Origin: an uncultured Fibrobacterota bacterium
Lineage (GTDB): Bacteria > Fibrobacterota > Chitinivibrionia > Chitinivibrionales > FEN-1185
Assembly (NCBI GenBank): GCA_963753345.1
Contig: CAVWBU010000018.1
Span: forward strand, 64,001 to 128,000
Reading direction: 5' to 3'
Length of the DNA: 64,000 nt
A program made the translations under genes and the position numbers. The notes beneath the pieces were generated by a model. That model worked only from the letters and a program-made list of their open reading frames with translations. It had not been told where the DNA came from and did not search any database. Every line of letters begins with the position of its first letter. The first letter of the stretch is position 1. Positions 51,159 to 60,154 of the stretch are shown in pieces.

Positions 51159-52257
51159 GGTGCTGGAACCTCAGGCCGGTTATCGGTTCAAAGTAATCCG
51201 TTATGAACATCCGTTTGGAATCGCACCATTCGCTTTTGTGAAGAAATCCCTTATGCTGCGACCACGCGTCCAGCGGGCATCCGCCGTGGCACAGTTTCCA
51301 GAAGCGGCACCCGGCGCATTCGCCGTCGCGCAGCACCCCGCTGCGCCGGGCCAGCTCGTCGCGCTGCGAGTCGGCAAGGATTTCCGCGAGCGATCGTTGC
51401 TGAATGTTGCCGTACGGGAGCAGGTCCCAGTCCGCTGAGCGGCCGCATTGCGAGGTTTCGCCGTTCGGCGCGATATTCACGTGGCTGTAGGCGCACTCCC
51501 CGGAATCGCAGCAGCCGAGGTTGAAGATGTTGTCCCGAATATTGTCGGTGATGCGGCGCAGCGGCTGAACGTTCGGATACCGGCCCTGGTGCTTCCACCA
51601 GACCGGAAACAGGGCGCCCAGGAAATCCGCGAATTCGCGCGGGGTCACCGCAAGGTCTTTGCGCTCGTTGTCGTAGATGAGCACCGGGTTCAGGTTGAAA
51701 TTACCGCCGGGGCATAGATTGACAAGGTAGTAAAAAAGGTCGAGCGGCCGGGCGAGCGACAGGCGCGTGACCACGTAGATTATTCCCCAGGTGAACCCGT
51801 TCCGCTTGAGCACCGAAAGCCCGTTAAAAAACCGCTCCCTGTACCATTCGGAATCGGGCGTTGCGCCTGGTCCCCGAATGTTGGGGAGAGGGTCGTAGCT
51901 GGTTCCCATGCTCGTGATGCGCAGGGCGCGCAGTGCAGGTATGTACTCCTCGGTAAGACACGTAAGGTTGGTCTGAATGCAGTGCCTGATGCGCGGCGCG
52001 GTTGACGGGCAATATGTTCGTTCCAATGCGGCCGCCTTTTCCAGATAGGCGGGCCCCAGAAGGAGCGGTTCGCCGCCGTGCCATATGAACGAGACCGCTT
52101 CCGCGGGCTTGGCAAGAAGGAATTCATTTATTCTTGTAAAGAGCATTTCCAGAATTTCAAATGACATAGTCTCGCCCCCGCGGGGCTTTCGCACCACGTC
52201 GCAATAAGCGCAGTTGGAATTGCACTTCTCGGTTACTTTGACGATCAGGTTTGCCAT
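51148..52257 (-). CDS. Radical SAM/SPASM peptide-maturase-like enzyme (anSME/3-CyFE-like)
   Basis: KVTEKCNSNCAYC, WHGGEPLL, QTN; SPASM CCDSGEC...PNGETSQC...GNI...CAGCRFWKLCHGGCP...C. Confidence 0.88.
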   Translation of the reverse strand: MANLIVKVTEKCNSNCAYCDVVRKPRGGETMSFEILEMLFTRINEFLLAKPAEAVSFIWHGGEPLLLGPAYLEKAAALERTYCPSTAPRIRHCIQTNLTCLTEEYIPALRALRITSMGTSYDPLPNIRGPGATPDSEWYRERFFNGLSVLKRNGFTWGIIYVVTRLSLARPLDLFYYLVNLCPGGNFNLNPVLIYDNERKDLAVTPREFADFLGALFPVWWKHQGRYPNVQPLRRITDNIRDNIFNLGCCDSGECAYSHVNIAPNGETSQCGRSADWDLLPYGNIQQRSLAEILADSQRDELARRSGVLRDGECAGCRFWKLCHGGCPLDAWSQHKGFLHKSEWCDSKRMFITDYFEPITGLRFQHHGS

Positions 52258-53093
52258 AGCATGTGCCGTCCCCGGCGGCTCAGATCCTTGCTCTGCTCCA
52301 CCGCATCCAGCAGGTCGGCAAAGAATTCCTTTGCTTCATTGGGGCAGTTCGCGGGATCCGCAACCGTGCCGAGGCATACCGCCAGGGCGCTGCAGATTGC
52401 GCAGGAACTGTTCTGTGCCAATAGACCAAGTGCCGAATCCAAAGGCTCGGGAGGGGCGGCAAAAAACCGCTCGATGCTCGGGGCGACGAATTCACCCCTG
52501 GCCAGGTCGGCCGCGGTGCGCGCGAGCGCGCCGTTTTCGTTCACGTGAAATGTGCCCGACGGGTCTTCGAACATCGCAGTTGTCAAGCGGTTGATGCCCG
52601 CTTCATTGTAATGTTCGGCCAGCCGCGCGAACGGATCGATCGGCGCATGGGGCGTGGTGCCCAGCAGCGCGTAGGTGCACAGGTCCGCGCAGCCGCCCCA
52701 GTCCGCAAAGCGGTCGATGATTGCGGCTGAGGCCAGTCCCAGTGACGAGAGGATGCGTATGCCCGCCAGATTCTCCGCCGTCGACGCGGGGACGTACACG
52801 CGGAGATTGAGACGCCGCAGATCGGGCAGAAGAGGGGCCAGATCGCGGAATCTTCCCACTCCGTCAACATAGAGCGCGAGCGGAATGCCCTCCCACGACG
52901 TTTCGGGCTTGATTTCTGAGAGAAGCCCGGTGAAACGTGCGCGCACGCAGCGCACCGCAACATTGCATCGCCGGGCCAAGCCGAAAGCGTCAGCAATGCC
53001 CACGGTGGAGGCCGCATCGACGACAACGTTTCTGTCCTTGAGCGCACGAAGAAGCGGTTCCCTGGGCGGGCACACAAAAACGTGATCGCTCAT
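52245..53093 (-). CDS. Degenerate radical-SAM-like protein with SPASM-like C-terminal Cys cluster
   Basis: No CxxxCxxC; C-terminal HVNENG...CAICSALAVCLG...C; overlaps both neighbouring rSAM genes. Confidence 0.65.
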   Translation of the reverse strand: MSDHVFVCPPREPLLRALKDRNVVVDAASTVGIADAFGLARRCNVAVRCVRARFTGLLSEIKPETSWEGIPLALYVDGVGRFRDLAPLLPDLRRLNLRVYVPASTAENLAGIRILSSLGLASAAIIDRFADWGGCADLCTYALLGTTPHAPIDPFARLAEHYNEAGINRLTTAMFEDPSGTFHVNENGALARTAADLARGEFVAPSIERFFAAPPEPLDSALGLLAQNSSCAICSALAVCLGTVADPANCPNEAKEFFADLLDAVEQSKDLSRRGRHMLWQT

Positions 53094-54094
53094 GCGTACA
53101 CCTCCTGAGCGCGCACGTTCGGCTCGTGACGGAAGGCCTCAAGCGCATGCGCCACGCAGCCGCCCGCGCAGTTGCCGTCCCTGCGAAGCCCGCAGGTGTC
53201 GCACGCCAGATATATTCCGCCCTGTTCGACGCGGATCTTCTTGGTGAGGCCGTCGTAATGGGTTCGCATTTCCGCAAGCGAGTTGAACTCAAAGATGGAC
53301 CGTTTGCCGAAGGCCGACAGCGGGAAGCAGGGCCACACGCTCATGTCCGGGCCGATGTCGATCACCGCGCCGCAGCCGAAGCGGCATTCGCCGCCGTATC
53401 GCATGAACCAGGCGATCTGTTCATTTGTAAACCTGCACAGCGGAAACCCGCAATCCATGCCGGGACGGATGTGCAGCCGTTCGAGGAGCGGCGCGTGTTC
53501 GAAAAACCGCTTGATGATGAGGTCGATGTCCTTTAGGGAGATGAACAGGTTCTGCTGGCCGGGGATCGGGTGCGTAAGTCCGAGCCTGATGCTTCTCTTG
53601 AGGCCGAAACGGTTGATGTGGTGGCAGATGAAATCGAGGCTGAAATCGGTCTGGTAGATGTTGAAACCCGGCGCGACGCGGCCGCCGAATTCCGCAAGGA
53701 ACGCCTCCACCCGCGGCAGTTCGGCGGCCGATTCCTCCGAACGGCCCGGATCGTTCACGTTGCAGATAAATGCGAGCGCCTCCTGGGGCAGCGCGGCAAA
53801 TGCGGCCGAGGCATCCTTAAGCTTGCTTTCGGACATGATACCGCTGGTGAACACCCGGACATGGAAACGCCGCTCGATCAGGTAGAGAACCATGTCCACG
53901 AAATCCGGATGCAGGGTGGGCTCCCCGCCGAGTATCGAAAAGGCCCGTTCGCCGCCGGCCTCGAAGAAGTCCGCAAGGTAGATGACGTTTTCCCACGAGA
54001 TTACGTCGTCCGGTGAGGAATCGGACATGTGCTTGCGGGCGAAACAGTAGGGACACGATCGCACGCAGCGCTGGGTGAAAAGAACATTGGGCAT
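53090..54094 (-). CDS. Radical SAM/SPASM enzyme
   Basis: CVRSCPYC, GGEPTLHP, DCGFPLC, C-x-DIGPDMSVWPC, CDTC-x6-CAGGC. Confidence 0.88.
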   Translation of the reverse strand: MPNVLFTQRCVRSCPYCFARKHMSDSSPDDVISWENVIYLADFFEAGGERAFSILGGEPTLHPDFVDMVLYLIERRFHVRVFTSGIMSESKLKDASAAFAALPQEALAFICNVNDPGRSEESAAELPRVEAFLAEFGGRVAPGFNIYQTDFSLDFICHHINRFGLKRSIRLGLTHPIPGQQNLFISLKDIDLIIKRFFEHAPLLERLHIRPGMDCGFPLCRFTNEQIAWFMRYGGECRFGCGAVIDIGPDMSVWPCFPLSAFGKRSIFEFNSLAEMRTHYDGLTKKIRVEQGGIYLACDTCGLRRDGNCAGGCVAHALEAFRHEPNVRAQEVYA

Positions 54095-54141
54095 AAAGTC
54101 ACCTTATTGGTTTGGCCGCAGTCTGAGAAGGTCGGCCGGAC

Positions 54142-54175
54142 AAAAAAAGGCCGGCCGCTTAAACGGCCGGCCTTT
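54142..54175 (-). terminator. Intrinsic terminator between precursor and maturase genes
   Basis: Stem AAAGGCCGGCCG/CGGCCGGCCTTT, 6-nt loop, T7 tail on the minus strand. Confidence 0.8.
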
Positions 54176-54196
54176 ATTGATATGTCAAGTACTTTG

Positions 54197-54538
54197 TCAG
54201 CTATTGGAACAGTACTCGCTCGAATAGGACCCCGCATAGCTATAGTAGAAAGAGTCGTAATAATAGCTGTAATAATAGTAGTTTGTGGTCCCGTAATAGG
54301 CGTTATAAGAAGCATAGTAGCTCGAATAACCGGAGAAGTAATCGCTGTAATAGTAAGAGTAAGTGGTATAATAGCTGCAATAGGGAACGCTGAAAGGATT
54401 GATGCAACTCAAGCCCCCGGCCACAGGAACAGAGGCCGCTGCGGCAACACCGGCAATCCTCTTCATCGCATCACGACGCGACATTGGTTTCTTTGTCGAA
54501 GGTTGGTTTTGCAGGTTGTTCGGCTTTTGTTGCGTCAT
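54197..54538 (-). CDS. Putative RiPP precursor: twin-arginine/lipobox-like leader plus Tyr/Ser-rich core
   Basis: AAGGGAG RBS; SRRDAMK-hydrophobic-GGLSC, then 26 Tyr and 15 Ser in the last 61 residues; directly upstream of rSAM genes. Confidence 0.8.
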   Translation of the reverse strand: MTQQKPNNLQNQPSTKKPMSRRDAMKRIAGVAAAASVPVAGGLSCINPFSVPYCSYYTTYSYYYSDYFSGYSSYYASYNAYYGTTNYYYYSYYYDSFYYSYAGSYSSEYCSNS

Positions 54539-54698
54539 GGTACTCTCCCTTGGATGGAATGGCGCTGGTTAAGGAACAGAAAATATAGAACGAAATAATT
54601 CCAAAAAGCAAGAGAAAAATGATGGTGGCAAGCAGTGCTTTCAGCCATCTTCCAGAGTAACTTCTGCGCAGCCCGCATGGTTGCCTGCCCTTGTAGAA

Positions 54699-54727
54699 AT
54701 TATAGAATTCCCCGGCTTTTTCGTCAA
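54699..54727 (-). promoter_or_regulatory. Near-consensus sigma70 promoter for the precursor gene
   Basis: Minus strand TTGACG-17 nt-TATAAT. Confidence 0.75.
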
Positions 54728-54876
54728 GTCCCAGAGAACACTTAATACGGGCACTTGGCAAATGAAACTTGTTTGCGTCCTGCTGATTTTGACAAGAGGT
54801 GGGTAAAACCTTATATTCTCTGAGGAGACGCCTGGTGCGAAGAGCTAGGACAGGAGAAACGAAAGGATTTGATGTG

Positions 54877-56031
54877 ATGAAAAAAAATCTGAGGTTGTCT
54901 TTGATTGTACCGATTGCTATGGTGAGTTTGTTCCTGCCTGCCGCTGGCCAGAATGAGTGCGATAATTGGCAGACAGACCACACGGACTGGATTTTCTGCG
55001 ATGATTTCGAGGACACCGGTGCGCTGGTGAAACAGGGGAGGTATTTCGAGTACGACGACAACGCAGGTGATTTTGTTCCCAAGGCCGGCATCGGGCTCAG
55101 CGGTTCACGCGGCATGCAGGTGCGATGGCAGGCAGGCGAGGTGGGCGCGGGAAGCATAAAACTGTCATTCGGCCGGAACCCCAATGCATACATGAACAAA
55201 CAGAACATCCGCCCCGGCCAGGACTTCAGGGAAATCTACTACCGCATGTACCTCAAGATGCAGAGCGGCTGGCAGGGCAGCCCGGCAAAGCTTTCGCGCG
55301 CAACCATCTTCACTTCTGCGAATGACTGGCGCCAGGCCATGATCGCGCACCTGTGGAGCGACGACAGTGCGCATCTGCTCATCGATCCCGCGAGCTGCGT
55401 TGACGGCGGGGTTGTACAGTGCACCACCTACAACGATTTCAATCACCTCAAATGGCTGGGCAACAAAAGCGGCGTCACGCCTCTTTTCGCCACAGACCAC
55501 AGCGGCACATGGTATTGTATTGAGGCGCATGTAAAGGTCAATGACCCGGGCCAGTCGAACGGCGTGCAGGAGTTCTGGATAGACGGCCGGCTCGAGGCCA
55601 GGCGGGAAGGGCTCAATTTCACCGGTACCTATGCGGATTATGGCATCAATGCCGTGTTTTTCGAGAACTACTGGAACGCTGGATCGCCGGTTCTGCAGGA
55701 ACGGTATTTCGACAACATCGTGGTTTCCACAAAGCCGATAGGATGTTTGCAGACAGGCGGGGTGAGGCCGGAGAAGAACCATGGTATGATGAATCACGGC
55801 ATGGCCACAATTGCGGTGTGCAGGAGAAGCGGCAGGGATTTTCTCGCGGTAAGGAACGGCTATCCGGGCAGGTGCAGCGTCGTTTCACCAACAGGCAAGG
55901 AAGTTCTTCGCGGTGATATTCCCGCGAACGGCATGAGTATGATTGACCTATCTGATGTGCCTTGCGGTATATTCTTGTTTGTCATGAACGACGGACATGG
56001 GTCTATGGTTTCACGACGGGTTGTACGATGA
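54877..56031 (+). CDS. Secreted beta-sandwich protein (polysaccharide-lyase-like) with T9SS-tail-like C-terminus
   Basis: Signal peptide; IFCDDFE, YYRMYLK, WYCIEAHVK, EFWIDG, YFDNIVVS; VPCGIFLFV tail. Confidence 0.6.
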   Translation: MKKNLRLSLIVPIAMVSLFLPAAGQNECDNWQTDHTDWIFCDDFEDTGALVKQGRYFEYDDNAGDFVPKAGIGLSGSRGMQVRWQAGEVGAGSIKLSFGRNPNAYMNKQNIRPGQDFREIYYRMYLKMQSGWQGSPAKLSRATIFTSANDWRQAMIAHLWSDDSAHLLIDPASCVDGGVVQCTTYNDFNHLKWLGNKSGVTPLFATDHSGTWYCIEAHVKVNDPGQSNGVQEFWIDGRLEARREGLNFTGTYADYGINAVFFENYWNAGSPVLQERYFDNIVVSTKPIGCLQTGGVRPEKNHGMMNHGMATIAVCRRSGRDFLAVRNGYPGRCSVVSPTGKEVLRGDIPANGMSMIDLSDVPCGIFLFVMNDGHGSMVSRRVVR

Positions 56032-56179
56032 GGCAACGCGGGTGGGCAAGTATCCTCCATGCAGGCAACTGATGGGTTGGTGATGACCTTGGTGCCCGGT
56101 ATCCGTTCCCAATCAAAAGTACGTGGCGGAAACGCAATATCTCAAAATTCCTGCGGCGGCGCAGGCGGAGGTTAAAAAC

Positions 56180-58444
56180 ATGCAGCGAAACGGGAATGTC
56201 GCAAAGAAGTGTTGCCGTTCCACGGCGGTGGCGCTTGTTCTCTGCCTAACCCCGGTCCTTGCGCAAGGGATCCACGTAACGGGAACCGTAGTTGACAGCA
56301 CAGGAATCGGGCTGTCGGAAGCTTCGGTCACTTTGATTTCCCAGAACCTGTCGACCGTCACCGGGCCGGATGGTTCCTTCGTATTCAGCAGCAGCGGGGT
56401 CGTCAGCGCAGGATACCGTGCAAGCGCTTCCGCGTGGCTGTACTTCAGGAACGGCGTCCTTCACCTCTTTCTTGCACACACCGAGAAGGTGACCGTACTC
56501 GTTTGTGATTCCAAAGGCAGGCGGGTCTGGGCGCAAGCCAAAGCTCTTGGGCCCGGCGATTTCGCCCTGTCTCCTCCGTTGCAGAGGATCAGTCCGCAGA
56601 TCTTGCTGTTTGAAGTGTCAATGGCCGGCAGGAGCTTTCAATTCAAACAATGCAATGTGCCTCCTGACGCATGCTGTCAACCTTGCCGCGAGACCGGGAA
56701 CGGGAGTGCCTTCGCCGGCACGGGTCTTGCCAAAGCGCTGGCTTCGCTTGATTCCCTCAGGGCCTCTATGGGCGGGTATGTCACATCGTCAATCCCCGTC
56801 GATTCCTACACGGGGAGTTACACCGTCACCCTCCATCGCATCGCTTTCTCGGCCGCGCCTGATCGCTTGACAACGTGGAATCCCGGAATCAGGTCCGACA
56901 GGGAGCTTGGTATGGCGCTTCGTTCCGACGGCTTGCCGGACCGCACCACGGTATGGGCCACGCTCAGTCCCGGCGACAACATCCAAAACGCAATCAACGG
57001 CTGTCCCGCGGGAAGGGTGGTGGTCCTGGGCCCCGGCACGTTCTCCGTTTCGTCAACGCTTCAGATTTCAAGCGGCGTTGTCCTGCGCGGTGCCGGTTCG
57101 CAGGGCGCCCCCACGGGAACGACCATTGTTAAAACCGGTGGTTCCACGGTGATAGCCATTGGACCGGACCGCGACGCCACCTGCTATGGTGGAACGGGTT
57201 ACGGCCTTGTGCAGGACGCGGTGAAGGAATCCCGTACGGTCTCCATCGGCTCGGCGGCGTCGAATTTCTCCGTTGGGGACCTTGCGCTTCTTGACGTGGT
57301 CGACGACGGCACGGTCCAGGAGGGCGACTGCGCGTATTTCAAACGCGTGGACAAAAGGTCGGCGAGCCAGCGCGTGGAGATTGCGGCAATCGACGCTGCA
57401 CACGGTCTGCTCACGCTCGATGCGCCGCTGCACTGGAACTTTAGATCGCAGAGTCCCTATCTCGCACAGATCGTGAGGGTCACGCGGCCCGTCACCAGAT
57501 GGGCCGGGATCGAAAACGTCCGGATTCAGGGCGGCACGAACCCGGGTTACGACGGCCAGATGGCCGGCGGCATCGACATTTCCAATGCCGCGTACTGTTG
57601 GGTGAAGGACGTGCAGACCGACAGCACGATCGGTGGAATGCACGTATCGCTCACCGGGACCTACCGCTGCGTTGTGCGCGACGGCTACTTTCACCATTCG
57701 GCAAACTATGGATTCGGTGCGGATTGCTATGGGATCGTATTGCGATGCGGTGCCGCCGAGAACCTTATCGAAAATAATGTGGTGAGGTACATGAACAAAC
57801 CGATCATGTTCAATGTCACCGGCGGCGGGAATGTGATCGCATACAACTATGCCGACAATTCCTGGGCCACGCCGCCCGCGTGGCAGGAAGTCAACATCGA
57901 CTGTCACTGCTCGTTCCCGCACATGGAGCTTATGGAGGGAAATGATGCCCCGCATATGGGCGCATCAACCACTCATGGCAATGCCGGGTACCTTACGTAT
58001 TTCAGAAACTACGCGTCGAGCGTGTTCGCGCCGCCGGCGGTCTACGGCTTCGGGGGCACGCAAACCGGCAACGTCACCTCGTTGCAGTTTGACGGAGGCG
58101 ACATCGGCATGAATGCGGTGGCCAATGTGCTCGGCACCTCCGGAGTCAGCACTGCCTACGATGCCTACGACAGCGGACCGTGCTCCATTTTCGAACTCGG
58201 CGCGAACGGCGCCGGTGCCGCTGATATTGCGGCTACGTCGCTTGTGCGGCAGGGAAATTACGATTATGTCAACAACAAAACCATGTGGTATCCCGCAGCC
58301 GCCCAGAGCCCGCTCCCTGCCTCGCTCTACCTTGCGGCTCAGCCCGCATGGTGGCCTGCAGGAGTTCGGTGGCCGTGGGTCGGGCCGGAACTCGCGCCCA
58401 TGGTGGGGACTTTGCCGGCAAAGGACAGAGCGCTGCACTATTAG
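56180..58444 (+). CDS. Secreted right-handed beta-helix protein (pectate-lyase-3/GH55-like) with N-terminal module
   Basis: IQNAINGCPAGRVVVLGPGTF...VVLRGAG; NLIENNV; GNVIAYNY; ASLYLAAQPAWW. Confidence 0.7.
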   Translation: MQRNGNVAKKCCRSTAVALVLCLTPVLAQGIHVTGTVVDSTGIGLSEASVTLISQNLSTVTGPDGSFVFSSSGVVSAGYRASASAWLYFRNGVLHLFLAHTEKVTVLVCDSKGRRVWAQAKALGPGDFALSPPLQRISPQILLFEVSMAGRSFQFKQCNVPPDACCQPCRETGNGSAFAGTGLAKALASLDSLRASMGGYVTSSIPVDSYTGSYTVTLHRIAFSAAPDRLTTWNPGIRSDRELGMALRSDGLPDRTTVWATLSPGDNIQNAINGCPAGRVVVLGPGTFSVSSTLQISSGVVLRGAGSQGAPTGTTIVKTGGSTVIAIGPDRDATCYGGTGYGLVQDAVKESRTVSIGSAASNFSVGDLALLDVVDDGTVQEGDCAYFKRVDKRSASQRVEIAAIDAAHGLLTLDAPLHWNFRSQSPYLAQIVRVTRPVTRWAGIENVRIQGGTNPGYDGQMAGGIDISNAAYCWVKDVQTDSTIGGMHVSLTGTYRCVVRDGYFHHSANYGFGADCYGIVLRCGAAENLIENNVVRYMNKPIMFNVTGGGNVIAYNYADNSWATPPAWQEVNIDCHCSFPHMELMEGNDAPHMGASTTHGNAGYLTYFRNYASSVFAPPAVYGFGGTQTGNVTSLQFDGGDIGMNAVANVLGTSGVSTAYDAYDSGPCSIFELGANGAGAADIAATSLVRQGNYDYVNNKTMWYPAAAQSPLPASLYLAAQPAWWPAGVRWPWVGPELAPMVGTLPAKDRALHY

Positions 58445-58725
58445 GGTGTGTGGAGAGGTGGTCCACAATTACGGCCGCATCGACAACAATTCTCGCGCAA
58501 ACAAGGTGCTGAGCGTCGAACTGGCGTTGATCACCGCGCAGGGTGGGAAATACTGGCTTCAGTTCTCGTCCGGGCAGAGCGACCATTTTGACTGGCCCAT
58601 ATCAATACTCAAGCCGGTGAGGGAGGCTCTTCAGCGGTAGGGACTGCTATGGCGAGCGAAGCTTTTCATGCACGACGCCTCCCGTTGCTCGGGAAATGCC
58701 TTTGCTTTATGTCAATCACTTCCCG

Positions 58726-59292
58726 CTAAAACTTCACCTTCGGCGCCTCTTTCGCTTCCGCAACAGCCTCGAAATAAGGCGCTTCCTTGAAACCGGCCGC
58801 AACAAGGCTGTAGGGAAATTTCCTGCGTGTGGCATTGAGCATCCGCGCCGCCTCGTTGTAACGCTGGCGTGCGACCGAAATGCGGTTTTCCGTTCCCGCA
58901 AGCTCGTCCTGCAGCGCCAGGAAATTCTGGTTTGCCTTGAGATCCGGGTAGCTCTCCGCAACAACCAGCAGCCGCGACAGCGCCGACGAGAGCTGATTGT
59001 TGGCGGCGATCTTGTCCGACGGGGAAGAAGCGCCCGCCACGCTCGCGCGGGCCTTGGTGACCTCCGTGAACACCGTCTCCTCGTGTTTGGCGTAGCCCTT
59101 GACGGTTTCAACAAGGTTGGGGATCAGGTCGAGCCTGCGCTGGAGCTGGCTTTCCACCTGCGCCCACTGGGTCTTTGTGTTTTCGTCCATCTCAATGAGA
59201 CGGTTTTTCCAGCCGATGAACTGGCCTGCAATAACAAGCACGAGCAGGACCACAACGGCAACGGCAATCAACACTTTGTAAATGCCTTTCAT
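58726..59292 (-). CDS. lemA: LemA family protein
   Basis: QRRLDLIPNLVETVKGYAKHE, YPDLKANQNF, GTENRISVARQRYN. Confidence 0.93.
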   Translation of the reverse strand: MKGIYKVLIAVAVVVLLVLVIAGQFIGWKNRLIEMDENTKTQWAQVESQLQRRLDLIPNLVETVKGYAKHEETVFTEVTKARASVAGASSPSDKIAANNQLSSALSRLLVVAESYPDLKANQNFLALQDELAGTENRISVARQRYNEAARMLNATRRKFPYSLVAAGFKEAPYFEAVAEAKEAPKVKF

Positions 59293-60020
59293 GCGTTCCC
59301 CTTTGTTGAGAGTTGATCGATTGAATTCGCAAGTGACTTGATCGCGTTTGCATAGGCAGGGAATGCTTCGGTCATTTCGTTCTTGCTGCCGCGCCGGGCC
59401 GCCTCAAGCGCCTTTTCCAGAGACATGTCGTCTATGCCGTAGGCTTTTGCGACGGCGGCGAAAAGCGATTTTCTGTCCTTTGGGATCGGAAGGCTTTTTA
59501 CGTGGAGCATGCCCTTGAAAATCGGCGAGAAATCCTTTGAGGAGATTTCCATCAGCCTTCTGAGCCGTGCGGGATTTTTCCTCGATGCAAGCCAGCCCCG
59601 CACAAGATGCAGCCATTTTCCCTTGATTTCCCGCTCGATCTGGAGCCGCAGATCTTCGCTGCGGATCAGGATGTCTTTGAGAACGTCCTCGCCAAAAACA
59701 ACCGTGTAGCTGTCCTTCATGGCAAGAAACTCCACAGGGAACGAATCCAAAGAGCGGGTGATGTACTCCTTGTCCATGATGAGCGGTCGGGAAAAGCGTT
59801 TCTTCATCCATTTTTCCTGGCACCCGGCCGACTTTTCAAGCACGGGCAGGGTGACGGCCGAGAGAACGACAAGGAGGTTGACGTCCGATTTTCTCGGGTC
59901 GAAATCCGGTCCTGCCGCGCTGCCGTAGACGATAACGGACAGCAGGTCGTTGCCGTAGCATGTCCGAAAATCAAGCGCGGCGCTGCGCGCAAGTTCGATT
60001 GGATTGGTCAGCTTGCTCAT
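59289..60020 (-). CDS. Nucleotidyltransferase-domain protein
   Basis: VIVYGSAAGPDFDPRKSDVNLLVV; typical neighbour of lemA/TPM genes. Confidence 0.75.
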   Translation of the reverse strand: MSKLTNPIELARSAALDFRTCYGNDLLSVIVYGSAAGPDFDPRKSDVNLLVVLSAVTLPVLEKSAGCQEKWMKKRFSRPLIMDKEYITRSLDSFPVEFLAMKDSYTVVFGEDVLKDILIRSEDLRLQIEREIKGKWLHLVRGWLASRKNPARLRRLMEISSKDFSPIFKGMLHVKSLPIPKDRKSLFAAVAKAYGIDDMSLEKALEAARRGSKNEMTEAFPAYANAIKSLANSIDQLSTKGNA

Positions 60021-60154
60021 TTGCAAACCTCTTCCTGTTTTCTCTGAGAAAGCTCAATTTCAAATTGTGGAGTGTGTCATTTTTTTTCTTGGTCTCGAAT
60101 CAAAAATAACGACCATCGTCAACTTTCAACCTTAAACTTTGAACTTTCAACTTC

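Noticed and set aside
58445-58640. Protein-like open frame after the beta-helix gene
   Set aside because: No clear start or recognisable family; may be a gene remnant but cannot be supported.
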